Shown here piece after piece: positions 36,769 to 47,500 of a DNA stretch of 64,000 bases. A program made the translations under genes and the position numbers. Below the pieces are notes generated by a model. That model was not told the DNA's origin. It worked only from the letters and a program-made list of their open reading frames with translations, and made no database searches. This DNA is from Dehalococcoidia bacterium (GTDB taxonomy: Bacteria; Chloroflexota; Dehalococcoidia; Bin125), in assembly GCA_963663895.2 (NCBI GenBank), contig CAXXRD010000001.1, positions 224,001 through 288,000 on the forward strand, given 5' to 3'. Positions within the stretch are counted from its first letter, which is position 1. Each line of letters starts with the position of its first letter.

Positions 36769-38832
36769 ATGACCCTCGCGGACGCGACGGCATCCCGCGT
36801 CCAAGCGCCCTTCCGCACCCTCTACCGCATGCGGGTGCCGGCGGACTTCACCCCCTTCGCGCTCGCGCTCGCCGTCGGCGTCGCGGCCGGCTTGGGAGCG
36901 GTCGCGTTCACCGAGGCTCTGGAAGGCTTCAACGACCTCCTCCTCGGCGACTTAGCCGGCGCGCTGGAGAACGCCCTGGGGCACTGGACCCTGTTCCTGA
37001 TCCCCGCCGTGGTCGCCCTCCCGGTCGGCATCTTGGTTTTCCGCTTCGCCAGCGAGGCCAAGGGCCACGGAGTTCCCGAGGTCATGCGCGCCGTCGAGAC
37101 CCAGGGCGGGCGCATCCGCCCCCGCGTGGCCGCCGCCAAGACGCTCGCCTCCGCGCTCACGATCGGCGCCGGGGGATCCGTCGGGCGCGAGGGCCCGATC
37201 GTCCAGATCGGCGCCGCCCTCGCCTCGTCGATCGGACAGGTGATGCGCCAGCCGCCCGAAATGGTGACGCTCATGGTCGCGGGCGGCGCCGCCGGCGGGA
37301 TCGCCGCCACCTTCAACGCGCCGATCGCCGGCGTCTTCTTCGCGCTGGAGGTGATCCTGCGCCGCTTCAACGTTCGCAACTTCACGCTCGTGGTCGTCAG
37401 CGCCGTCGTCGCGAACATGATCGCGATCGCCTTCTTCGGCGACCGGCCCGGCATTCTCCTCCCCCGCGAACTCGAGCTGGAGTCCACCATCGAGATCGGA
37501 CTCTACGCCATCCTCGGCGTCGCCGCCGCCGTCACGGGCATCCTCTTCGTGCGCATCCTCTACGGTTTCGAGAGCCTGATCGAGTGGCTCCCCAGCTCGC
37601 CCTACCTCAAACTCACCCTCGCCCTCTTGGGCGTCGGCGCTCTCGGCCTCTGGCACGACGAGCTGTTCGGCACCGGCTTCGGAGCGATCGAAGCGGCCAC
37701 GGTCGGCGGCATCGCCACCGGCACCCTTGCTCTGCTCCTCGTGCTCAAGGTCGTCGCCACCTCGCTGACCCTGGGCGGCGGCGCCTCGGGCGGCGTCTTC
37801 GCTCCCTCCCTCTTCCTCGGGGCGATGCTCGGCGGCCTTCTCGGAGAAGGCTACGCCAGCCTCTTCCCCGATTCCGTCGCGCCCTCGGGCGCCTACGCCA
37901 TCGTCGGCATGGCGGCGGTCTTCGCCGCCGCCGCCCGCGCACCCATCACCTCGCTCTTCATCGTCTTCGAGCTCACCCGGGACTACTCCCTCATTCTGCC
38001 CCTCATGACCGGCGTCGCCATCGCCACCGCCCTCGCCCAGATCATCACCCGCGATACGATCTACTCGATCAAGCTCAGCCGGACCGGCATCCAGCTGCGC
38101 GAAGAGCCGGGCGGCTTCGAGATGGACCAAGGGACCGTCGCCGAAGCGATGCGCACCGACATCCCCCTGGCCGCCAACGACGCCACGCTCGAAGAGCTCG
38201 CCCGCGTCTTCAGCGAAACCGACTCCAGCATCATCGCCGTCACCGACGCCGAGGGACATTTCCGCGGCATTCTCACCACCACCGATTTCACCGCCGCGCT
38301 CGACCGCACCGACGCCGAGCTCACCGCGCGCGACCTCGCCGTCAGCAGCCCGCTCCGCACCTACCCGGACGATAGCCTGCGCACTGTCGTCTCGCTGTTC
38401 GCGGAGCATGGCATACGTCACCTCCCCGTGGTTGCACGCTGGGACCGCCGGCGGCTGCTCGGCATCATCAGCCACCAGGACGTCATCCGTGCGCTCTCGC
38501 GCCGCCCCGCCGGCCAAGCCCCACCCCAGCGCCCCACCAGCCCCGTCCAGCGCCTCGCCGGCGCGGTCCTCATCGAGGTCGCCGTCGAGCCGGACTCCGA
38601 GTTGGTCGGCCGGCGTCTCAGGGAGATCTCGCTGCCCAAGGAGGCCGTCGTGACCACCATTCACCGCGACGACGCCGTCGTCATCCCCCGCGGCGACGTG
38701 GAGATCGAGGCCGACGATCTCCTCACGGTGCTCGCCGAGCCCGCCGTCGAAGCCGCCGTCCGGCGCGCCCTCGCTCCCATCGTGCACGTGGCCGAGCGCG
38801 ATCCGGCCGTCGACCCCGACCCCATCGCCTAA
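36769..38832 (+). CDS. ClC-family chloride channel/antiporter with CBS pair and TrkA-C domain
   Basis: GHGVPE, GREGP, GGVFAPSL motifs; CBS and RCK-C-like C-terminus. Confidence 0.95.
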   Translation: MTLADATASRVQAPFRTLYRMRVPADFTPFALALAVGVAAGLGAVAFTEALEGFNDLLLGDLAGALENALGHWTLFLIPAVVALPVGILVFRFASEAKGHGVPEVMRAVETQGGRIRPRVAAAKTLASALTIGAGGSVGREGPIVQIGAALASSIGQVMRQPPEMVTLMVAGGAAGGIAATFNAPIAGVFFALEVILRRFNVRNFTLVVVSAVVANMIAIAFFGDRPGILLPRELELESTIEIGLYAILGVAAAVTGILFVRILYGFESLIEWLPSSPYLKLTLALLGVGALGLWHDELFGTGFGAIEAATVGGIATGTLALLLVLKVVATSLTLGGGASGGVFAPSLFLGAMLGGLLGEGYASLFPDSVAPSGAYAIVGMAAVFAAAARAPITSLFIVFELTRDYSLILPLMTGVAIATALAQIITRDTIYSIKLSRTGIQLREEPGGFEMDQGTVAEAMRTDIPLAANDATLEELARVFSETDSSIIAVTDAEGHFRGILTTTDFTAALDRTDAELTARDLAVSSPLRTYPDDSLRTVVSLFAEHGIRHLPVVARWDRRRLLGIISHQDVIRALSRRPAGQAPPQRPTSPVQRLAGAVLIEVAVEPDSELVGRRLREISLPKEAVVTTIHRDDAVVIPRGDVEIEADDLLTVLAEPAVEAAVRRALAPIVHVAERDPAVDPDPIA

Positions 38833-38850
38833 GCGCCCTGGAGTGCCCGC

Positions 38851-39267
38851 ATGCCTGAACGCACCTTCACGCTGGCGGAAGCGCGGGACCTGATCCCGCG
38901 GGTCGCGCCGATCATCGAAGAGTTCGCGACCAAGCAGGACCGCCTGCAAACGCTCCAGACCATCATGGAGACGATCCGGCGCTCCGCCGCCTCCAACGGC
39001 GGCTCCGCCCACGCGGACACGCGCGCGCAAGAGCGGGAAACCGCCGAGCTTGGCGCGGACCTCCGGCGTGCCCTCCAGGCCCTGCACGAGCTCGGCGCCG
39101 AGCTCAAAGACCCGGATCAAGGGTTGCTGGACTTCCCCGCCCTGCGCGAGGGCCGCCGCGTCTACCTCTGCTGGCGCCGCGGCGAACCGACCATCGACTG
39201 GTGGCACGAGATCAGTGCCGGTTTCGCCGGCCGCCAGCGCATCGTCGAAGAGGAGTGGCTCGACTGA
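38851..39267 (+). CDS. DUF2203-family protein
   Basis: FTLAEA, LKDPDQGLLDFP, YLCWRRGE, WWH...GFAGRQ. Confidence 0.9.
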   Translation: MPERTFTLAEARDLIPRVAPIIEEFATKQDRLQTLQTIMETIRRSAASNGGSAHADTRAQERETAELGADLRRALQALHELGAELKDPDQGLLDFPALREGRRVYLCWRRGEPTIDWWHEISAGFAGRQRIVEEEWLD

Positions 39268-39387
39268 GCCGATGAACCGCACCGCACCGGCCCGGCGCGG
39301 AGAGGCGCGCGCGCAGCAGTGCAGGACTGGCGGAACCATTCCCTTGGCGGCGGCGTTAACTTGGACAAGACGGCCGGAGGGAGCGCC

Positions 39388-40694
39388 ATGCCCCTGCTCC
39401 GCGCGCGGCGCTTTGCAGTACTTCTGCTCGCAGCCGGCCTCGCCCTGGTGCTGGCGAGCGGCCTGGCGGCGTGCGGTGGGTCAGCGGACGACGATCCCCC
39501 GCCCGCACCCAGCGAGACCGCTCCGCCAACCGCAGCACCAGCCGAGCCGCCCGTGCCAGTCGAATCGCCTGCGACGGCTACGCCCACATCGCTGGCGGAG
39601 ACTACGCAAACCCCGAGAATCACGCCCGATCCCCCCACTCCGGAACCGCCCGCAGCGCTGGGTGATCCGCCCCCGCCGCCGGCGGAGGCCACGGCGGCCG
39701 CCGAGACCATGGCCCTCCTTTACGACACCTACGACTTCAGTGGCACCGTGGCGGAGCCGGGCCACTACGTCTTCCTTGAAGATCCCGCCGACACCAGTAC
39801 CGCCGTCACCACCTACGAGGGGGGCTGCGCGACGGCACAGCAACGGCTCTGCTAATCCACACGACGGACGCCCACGGCGTTCCGCAGACGGAACGCTACG
39901 AAGCCGTGGCCACCGGCGACCTCTTCGAGTAGCGCCAGGCCAGCGACTGCTTCGTGCGCTACACGGTGAATGACGTCAAGGACGACCCGGCGGGCGATCC
40001 CCCGCGCAAGCTGCTGGGCGTGGCCTGGATGACCTACGCCTTCACCGGCTGCAGCGGGGCGATCAGCACCGCCGCCACCGCCGTCAGCGTCACCTGGGGC
40101 GCGGTCCTACCCGATCTCGGCGGGACCAGCCTCACGGCGCCCATCCGCCACGGCCCCTTTCAGCTCGTCCCCGAGAACTGGACCGGAGCCGTCGGGACGA
40201 CTGAAGTTCACGAAGCGCCAGTCCTCGACAATCCCAGCTATACCGAAGTCCTGGCCGAGGCCCGGCTCCTGCCCTACTGGCGCGACCCGGCCCTGCCCGC
40301 CGGCTGGACCTTCTGCCGCGCCATTGCCGATCCCACCGAGCTGACCTATGGGTACAGTGCGGTGTATCTGACCCCCCGAGGGAATCCCGGGTTGCTCATC
40401 CAGGGTGCCTTCACGGGGAATCGGGGCGGGGCTAGAGAGGCAGCCTGGCGGCCCAACGGCGCCGATCTGGGCGTTCGCGAAACGCGCGTGATCGCCGGCC
40501 GCCCGGCGCAGGTCATCTACAGCCCGCCGGGGCCCGGCAACTTCTCTTTCTTCCCGGTGTCCGTGTGGGTCTTTGCCGCGGCCGCTGAGAGCGTCCATGT
40601 GCTGCACGGGTACACCAAGAGCCTGCGTGGCAGCAATGTCGACGCCGTCATCGCCATCGCCCGCAGCCTCTTCGCGCCCCCCAACGCGCCTTGA
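39388..40694 (+). pseudogene. Disrupted lipoprotein of unknown function
   Basis: Lipobox LAAC; frameshift in the G-run near 39820 and TAG at 39930-39932 in frame with ORF 39954-40694. Confidence 0.6.
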
Positions 40695-40802
40695 GGCCGT
40701 GCGTGGGCGTCGCCACCTTGAAACCGAGCGGCGTACGTATCCCGACTCGGCCCTCGCGACCGGCGTGTTTCCGCAAGGGCTCCCGACAGAGAGCGCCGGC
40801 GT

Positions 40803-41657
40803 CTAGTGGCTCTCGAACTCCGCGGGATGACGCCCGTGCGGGTGCGCGTGCGGCTCCGCCGCGTACGTCTGCTTCCCTACCTCGAACACCATCACGTGGC
40901 GTCCGAAAGCCCCCGTCAGCGTCTCCTCCGTCAGGACCTCCTGCGGCACCCCCTGCGCCACCAAGCGCTGGTCCAGCAACAAGGCCCGGTTGTAGCGCCG
41001 GTAGACGCAGGCGATGTCGTGCGTCGCCACGATCAGCGTCTTCCCCTCCGCCACGAGCTCATCGAAGAGATCCAGCATGTCCTCTTCCACGCCCGCATCG
41101 AGCCCGGCGGCCGGTTCGTCCAAGATGAAGACCGCCGGATCCTTCACCAAAGCCCGCGCGAGCAGCACGCGCCGCTGCTGGCCGCCGCTGAGCTCCGCGA
41201 TCTGCCGCTTCTCCAACGCGCGCACTCCCACGCGATCCATCGCCGCCGTGATGGTCGCCCGCGACACGCGGCGCCGCGGCTGCCGCCGTCCGAACCAGGG
41301 CCGGTAGGCGCCCATAGCGACCACGTCGCCGACCGTCGCCGGGAAGTTCCAATCCACCTGCTCCGCTTGCGGCATGTAGCCCACGTGCCGCCGCGCCTCG
41401 GCCGGCTCTTCCCCCAACACCCGCACGCGACCCCGCCAAGGCTCGATCAACCCCAGCAACGTCTTGATCAGCGTGCTCTTGCCCGCGCCGTTGGGGCCGA
41501 TCAGCCCCACGAGTTCCCCGGGTGGAATAGCGAACTCGACCCCCTCGATCGCCGGATGATGACCAGCGTACCCCGTCGTCAGCTGCTCCACCGCGATCGC
41601 AGCGGTTTCCGCCCGCGGGGCCGTCTTCTCAAGCACGGCTTCGGACGCAGGTGTCAT
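40803..41657 (-). CDS. Metal (Zn/Mn) ABC transporter ATP-binding protein
   Basis: GPNGAGKST, GYMPQ...DWNFP, LSGGQQRR, LDEP, His-rich tail. Confidence 0.92.
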   Translation of the reverse strand: MTPASEAVLEKTAPRAETAAIAVEQLTTGYAGHHPAIEGVEFAIPPGELVGLIGPNGAGKSTLIKTLLGLIEPWRGRVRVLGEEPAEARRHVGYMPQAEQVDWNFPATVGDVVAMGAYRPWFGRRQPRRRVSRATITAAMDRVGVRALEKRQIAELSGGQQRRVLLARALVKDPAVFILDEPAAGLDAGVEEDMLDLFDELVAEGKTLIVATHDIACVYRRYNRALLLDQRLVAQGVPQEVLTEETLTGAFGRHVMVFEVGKQTYAAEPHAHPHGRHPAEFESH

Positions 41658-41725
41658 GAATCCTCCAGGACCGCTCGGGAGCAATGTAGCCTAGCAGCTT
41701 GCAGCGATCCGGCGGGCGAAAAGAT

Positions 41726-42580
41726 CTAGTAGTCGAGCAGCAGCACCGGGTCGGCCGTGCGTTGACCCACGTGCATGCCGGGCTCCAACGTCACGACGAG
41801 GCTCGTCGCTTCATCCCAATGCTCCTCCAAGTAGCGGCGCACGAAGCCGCGCCCCGACTGGTCCACGTAGAAATGCCCGACCCGCCCGCCCCCGTCCGCC
41901 GTCTCCACCCACACGATATAGACCGTGCCCTGTACCGTCGGCGGCAATCCGTCCGCGACCAGGGTGTAGACCCGCTTCTGCGGCTCCCAGATCATGCGCG
42001 CCTTGGCCGCCGGCGCCATCTCGGTTCGTCGCAACGACATGATCTCGGTGTCCGGCGCGGAGAGCGAGAACAGCGCCTCCTGCGTGGCGAAGACCGGCTC
42101 GGGCGTCCCCCCAGCAGCGAGCGTGCCGTCCCCCTCCCATGCAAGCTCCTGGACGGGCACCGCCAGCACGCTGCTCTCGCCCTCCAGCTCACCGACGCGA
42201 TCGTGCAGCACGGCGTTCCAGGTCGCCAGCCCGACCACAGCCGCTACCCCGACCGACGCCGCCATCGCCGCCACGCCGCCGGGACGCCGGAAGGCGCTGA
42301 GCCAGGTCGCACTGATGCCGCCCGTGAACAGGCTGCTCCGCTGCCTCTCCGCACCCTCCACCCGGACCGCCTGCGCGAGAACGCGCTGCTTGAGCCGCGC
42401 AGCCGGCGTCACCAGCGGCGTCGCCAGCGCCAGCGCGCCGGCGACCCTTGGAACGCGGCCAGCGTGCGGCCACAATCCTCGCAGTCGTCATCGAGATGCC
42501 GCTCGACCAGAGCGTGCTCCTCCGGATCGAGAGCGGCGAGCGCGTACTCCGCCAGCAGCTCCGCCGCAGCCGCGTGCCGC
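41726..42580 (-). CDS. RskA-like anti-sigma factor (zf-HC2 N-terminus), frameshifted; start missing
   Basis: [10 protein letters not shown]...[12 protein letters not shown] in one frame; TM + ADGLPP...YIVW...VTLEPG in ORF 41726-42475. Confidence 0.7.
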
Positions 42581-43045
42581 CGCCCGCGCGCAGCTTCTGC
42601 ATCCCCAAGCGGATGCGGGTCTTCACCGTGCCCAACGGCGTGTCCAGCGCCGCCGCGATCTCCGACTGCGTCATGCCCTTGTAATAGGCCAGCGCGATCG
42701 CCGTGCGCTGCTCCGGCGGCAGCGTCCCCAGCGCCTCTCGCACCAACGCGCGTTGCGCGTGCGCCGCCGCCGCACGCGGTACTGATCGATCGCCAGGTTG
42801 CGCGTCACGCTCAGCAGCCAGCTGAAGAACTTGCCGCGCGCGGGCACGTAGCGCTGCGGCGCTTTCCACAGCCGCGTGAGTACCTCCTGCACCACGTCTT
42901 CGGCGCTTTGCGCATCTTCCAAGACGCCGTAGGCGGTGGAGTAGACCAGCCGGGCGTACCGGTCGTAGAGCGCCTCGAAAGCTCGCACGTCCTGTGCGCC
43001 GATCGCATCCATCAATGCTTCATCGCTTCGCTCGGCACGTTCCAC
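42580..43045 (-). CDS. ECF sigma factor (SigK-like), frameshifted/internally deleted
   Basis: Region 2 AEDVVQEV...[12 protein letters not shown] in ORF 42671-43045; region 4 LPPEQR...EIA...[10 protein letters not shown] in another frame. Confidence 0.8.
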
Positions 43046-43226
43046 GCTGGGGAGGATACCCGAGGGTACTTCCGCCTTTGCGTACTCCTACGATCCACCG
43101 GCGTCTTCGGTTGTATGCGCGGGCCGTACGGATCGGGCGCGCGTCCCGGCCGCAGGCAAGCCGGCCCCCGGACGGGTGCTATACTCGCCGCCGTCCTGCC
43201 GCGATCAAGAGGTTCCCCACGGGTTC

Positions 43227-44291
43227 ATGCCCTCCGCTACCGACGCCTTGGGCCGCACCGTCACGCTGGAGCGCGCCCCCGCGCGGGTCGTCTCTCTCGT
43301 CCCCAGCGTCACGGAAGCCGTCGCCACGTTCGGGCAGGGAAACAAGCTCGTCGCCTGCACGAAGTTCTGCGCCGAGCCCGCGGACCTCACCGCCGCCTTA
43401 CGCAAAGTCGGAGGCACCAAGGACCCGGACATCGACGCCATCGCCGCGCTCAAGCCCGACCTCGTCCTCGCCAACGTCGAGGAGAACCGCCGGCAAGACG
43501 TCCAGGCCCTGATCGACGCCGGCCTCACCGTCTTCGTCGGCTATCCCCGCACCGTGCGCGCAGCGATCGACGAGTTCCAGACGATCGGCGAGCTGGTCGG
43601 CACCCCCGCCAGCCCCAGAATCGTGCGAGAGATGAACGAGGCGATCGAGCGGCAAGAAACGCTGAACCAAACCCGCCGCCGCGTCCGCGTCTTCTGCCCC
43701 ATCTGGCGCAACCCCTACATGGCCATCGCCGGCGCCACCTACGCCGGCGATCTGATCCGGCTCGCGGGCGGGGAGAACGTGTTCGAGAGCCACCCCCGCG
43801 GCGCGCGCTATCCCCAGGTGACCCTCGCCGAGATCAAGGCCGCGGACCCCGAAGTCATCCTGCTCCCGGACGAACCCTACCGCTTTCGTCCGCGCCACCG
43901 CGACGAGCTGCGCGTCCTCAGCGATCTCCGCGCGGTCCGCGGCAACCGGATCTATCTCTGCGACGGACGCTGGCTCACGTGGTACGGCCCCCGCATCGCC
44001 GAGGGGCTTGAGGGCGTCGAGAAGCTCCTGGACCACGCCCGCCCGGAATGGAAAGCGCCCGCCGATCTGCCCCCCATCAGCGAGCGCAAGCCCCGGACCC
44101 GCGCCAAGCAAGCCGGCCGTGCCGGCAAGCCCGCGAAGAAACCTACGCAGAAAAAGTCGCCGGCCGCCGCGGCCGAGCCCAGGCACCGGCCCCCGCCCTC
44201 GCGTTTCGCTCCGGGCCAAGAGCCGCCGCTCCCGCCCGGCCTCACCTTTGACGCCGGCGCCCAGGATGTCGTTGACGAGAGGCGCCGCTAG
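43227..44291 (+). CDS. Helical-backbone metal receptor (BtuF-like periplasmic-binding-protein family)
   Basis: RVVSLVPSVTE, VGGTKDP, LKPDLVLANVEEN, LPDEPY, WYGPR. Confidence 0.88.
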   Translation: MPSATDALGRTVTLERAPARVVSLVPSVTEAVATFGQGNKLVACTKFCAEPADLTAALRKVGGTKDPDIDAIAALKPDLVLANVEENRRQDVQALIDAGLTVFVGYPRTVRAAIDEFQTIGELVGTPASPRIVREMNEAIERQETLNQTRRRVRVFCPIWRNPYMAIAGATYAGDLIRLAGGENVFESHPRGARYPQVTLAEIKAADPEVILLPDEPYRFRPRHRDELRVLSDLRAVRGNRIYLCDGRWLTWYGPRIAEGLEGVEKLLDHARPEWKAPADLPPISERKPRTRAKQAGRAGKPAKKPTQKKSPAAAAEPRHRPPPSRFAPGQEPPLPPGLTFDAGAQDVVDERRR

Positions 44292-44315
44292 GCACGGTTG
44301 GCTGGAACACATCCG

Positions 44316-44435
44316 AAAACGGGACAGGGACAGGCCGGAGCCCGTCCCTACAACATGGTGCATATCGCCCCGAAGGGCTCAGCTTGTTGTTGGCCACATT
44401 GCGAGAATGCGAAGCGGCCATTCCCTGACCCACAT
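44316..44435 (-). ncRNA. tracrRNA of the type II-C system
   Basis: Anti-repeat 44433-44415 and 44397-44386 complementary to the repeat, then GCCC-TTCG-GGGC hairpin and a terminal 10-bp hairpin followed by TTTT. Confidence 0.85.
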
Positions 44436-44504
44436 TTAATCTACCATAAAACTGCAAGCGGCTCCAACTGCTCGCGAGCGATTAGAAGTCCGACGGAGGT
44501 CTGC

Positions 44505-47500
44505 ATGCCGACGGCTGAAGAAGTATACGGCGACGAGAGCGCTGTGGACGATCGCGCTGAAGAGCCGCGGCTGCGGCTCGGCCTGGATCTTGGGACGAAC
44601 AGCATCGGCTGGGCGCTCTACCGCCTCGACGACGGCGATCCCCCCGAGCCCGTGGCGTTGATCGACGGGGGCGTGCTGATCCACTCGGACGGGCGCAACC
44701 CGCAGAGCCGCGCTTCCAACGCTGCAGTGCGACGCGAGAAGCGCGGGATGCGGCGTAACCGCGATCGCATGCTGCGCCGCCGCCGCCGCGCCGCACGCCT
44801 GCTCCGCAGCCTTGGACTGCTGCCGGACGGCGAGGAGGCTCGCAAGGCTTCAAGGAACCTCGATCCGCTGCAGCTGCGCGCCGAGGCGCTGGACCGCCCG
44901 CTCACGCCGCACGAACTCGGCCGCGCACTACTCTCGTTCGCCGACCGCCGTGGCTTCAAAAGCAACCGCAAGACCGATGGGGGCGAGGACGGCGCCATCC
45001 GCACGGACGTCAGCATCTTGCGGCGGCGGATCGAAGACACCGGCTCGCGCACGCTTGGCGAGTACCTGTGGCGGCGGCGGCGGCGCGGCAAGCCCATCCG
45101 CGCCCGCCTCGGCAACGGCCTGTATCCCGAACGCGCGATGATCGAGGATGAACTCACCGCGATCCGTGCCGCACAAGCCGCGCATCATCCATCGATGATG
45201 CCCGAGACTTGGGACGGCATCATCGCGGCGATCACGTTCCAGCGTCCGCTCAGGCCCGTCGAGCGCGGCCGCTGCACGCTGATCCCGGAAGAGCCGAGGG
45301 CGTACAAGGCGTATCCGTTGTTCCAGCGCTTCCGTATCCGCGAGGAAGTGCTGAACATTGAGGTGGCACCGCCCGGCAAAAGCTACCGGCCGCTCGACAC
45401 CAATGAGCGCGAAAGGCTCGTCGATAAGCTTCTGAGCAGCAAGGACCAGACGTTCGATCAAGTCGTGGCGTTGCTCGGCCTGCCCGACGATACCCGTGTC
45501 AACCTCCGCTCTGCCGCCCGCGACAAGATCGACGGCGACCAGACCGCGTACGTGCTGCGCGCGAAGAAGCGATTCGGCGCGGACTGGGCGCAACTGAGCC
45601 TCGAACGCCAGCAGGAGGTCGTCGAGCGGCTGATCGAGGACGAGGACCCAGACGTATTAGAAGACTGGCTACGGGATGAATTTGGACTAACTGAAGCGGC
45701 GGCCGAGCAAGTCGCCTCGGCACCCCTCCCTTCAGGGACAGGCCGCCTCTCATTGGCCGCGATCGAGCGGTTGCTGCCGCACATGCGGCGAGAACTGCGC
45801 TACCACGACGCCGTGCAGGCGGCTGGGCTTGGCCACCACTCAGACCTGCGCGGCGACGGAAGCATGGATCGTCTGCCTTACTACGGCGAAGTGTTGGAAC
45901 GGCACGTTATCGGTGGCCGCCCCAATGGTCGCAACGATGCAGAGCGATACGGGCGCGTCGCCAATCCGACCGTGCACATCGCCCTCGGCCAAGTGCGGCG
46001 GCTTTTCAACGCCATCGCTGATCGCCATGGCAAGCCCTCTGAAATCGTCGTCGAACTCGCCCGGGAACTCAAACAGAACGAGCAGCAACGCCTCGATTAC
46101 CAGCGGGGACAACGTGAAAACCGTGACCGCAACGAGCGCTTGCGCGAGCTGGCCGCACAAGCCGGTCACCCGGACCCCTCGCCGGTGGACATGCGCAAGC
46201 TGCGCCTGTGGGAGGAGCAGGGACCGCCGAACGGCCGTGTCTGTCCATTCAGCGGCGAGCCGCTCTCGATCGAGCGCGTGCTCTCCGACGCCACCGAGAT
46301 CGAGCACATCCTGCCGTACAGCCGCAGCCTCGATAACAGCATGAACAACACCGTCGTCGCGATGCGCTACGCGAACCGTGAGAAGGGCAACCGTACGCCG
46401 TTCATGGCCTGGGGCCACGACCGTGAGCGTTACGACGCCGTCCTCGCCCGCGCCCGCTTGTTGCCGCAGGGTAAGCAGCGGCGCTTTGAGGAAGATGCGA
46501 TGGAGCGTTGGGAGCGCAGCCGTGATTTCTTGGATCGCCAGCTGAACGAGAACAGCTACCTGTCGCGTCTCGTCCGTGAGTACCTTGAAGCAGCCGTCGT
46601 GCCCAAGCGCATCTGGGTGACACCGGGCCGGATGACGGCGATGCTACGGCGCGGCTGGGGTCTCAACGCCATATTGTCCGAGGACAATGACTGGAAGAAC
46701 CGCAACGATCACCGCCACCATCTGATCGACGCAGCGGTGATTGGCCTCACCTCGCGCTCACTGCTGCAGAAGGTCGCCCGCGCTAGCGGACGCGGCGAGG
46801 ACGGCGAGAGCGTGATCGCCGCCGCCGAGCCGCCCTGGGAGGGCTTCCGTCAGGATGTCGGCGATCTGGTCGAGCGCTGCACCGTGCGCCACCGCCCGGA
46901 CCACTTCCAGCCCGCGCGCGGCAGCACCAGCGGCAGCTTGCACAACGAGACGGCCTACGGAGTCGTCTGCGACGGCGACGGAGAACCGAAGCGCGACGAA
47001 CGAGGCAACATCACACTCGTTGAAACCAAGCCCCTGGAGTCGCTCGATGCGCGGAAGCTTGAAGATATCCGCGACCCCGCGCTGCGCGAGCGCCTGCAGG
47101 CACTGTGGGATCGCGTCGAGGCGGAGCACGCGGGCGAGAGTGCGAAGGTGCGGCAGCACTTCGCCGAGCGTGCGAGGAAGGAACTGGGCGTGCGGCGCGT
47201 GCGCGTGCTGGTTCGGCTGGGCGAGGAGAGCCTCGCTTTCATCCGCGACCAGTCGGGCATCCGCGACCAGTCGGGCCGCATCTACAAGGCGTACAAGACC
47301 GACGGCAACGCCTACATGGACGTCTGGCTGCTCCCCGGCGGGAAGACCCGAGGCGAGACGGTCAGCCGCTTCGACGCCCACCAGCGGGACTTCCCACCAA
47401 AGGTCAAGGCCGAGCACCCGGCCGCGAAGAAGCTCATGCGCCTCCACCGCGACGACATGGTCGCCCTTGGCGAGGGCGAAGACCGACGGATCCTGCGTGT

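Noticed and set aside
43046-43226. Cobalamin riboswitch upstream of the BtuF-like gene
   Set aside because: No GGGAA / GCCACTG B12-box elements seen
44298-44504. 69-aa N-terminal extension of Cas9 in the ORF track
   Set aside because: Overlaps the tracrRNA; ATG 44505 has a GGAGG RBS and lies close to RuvC-I
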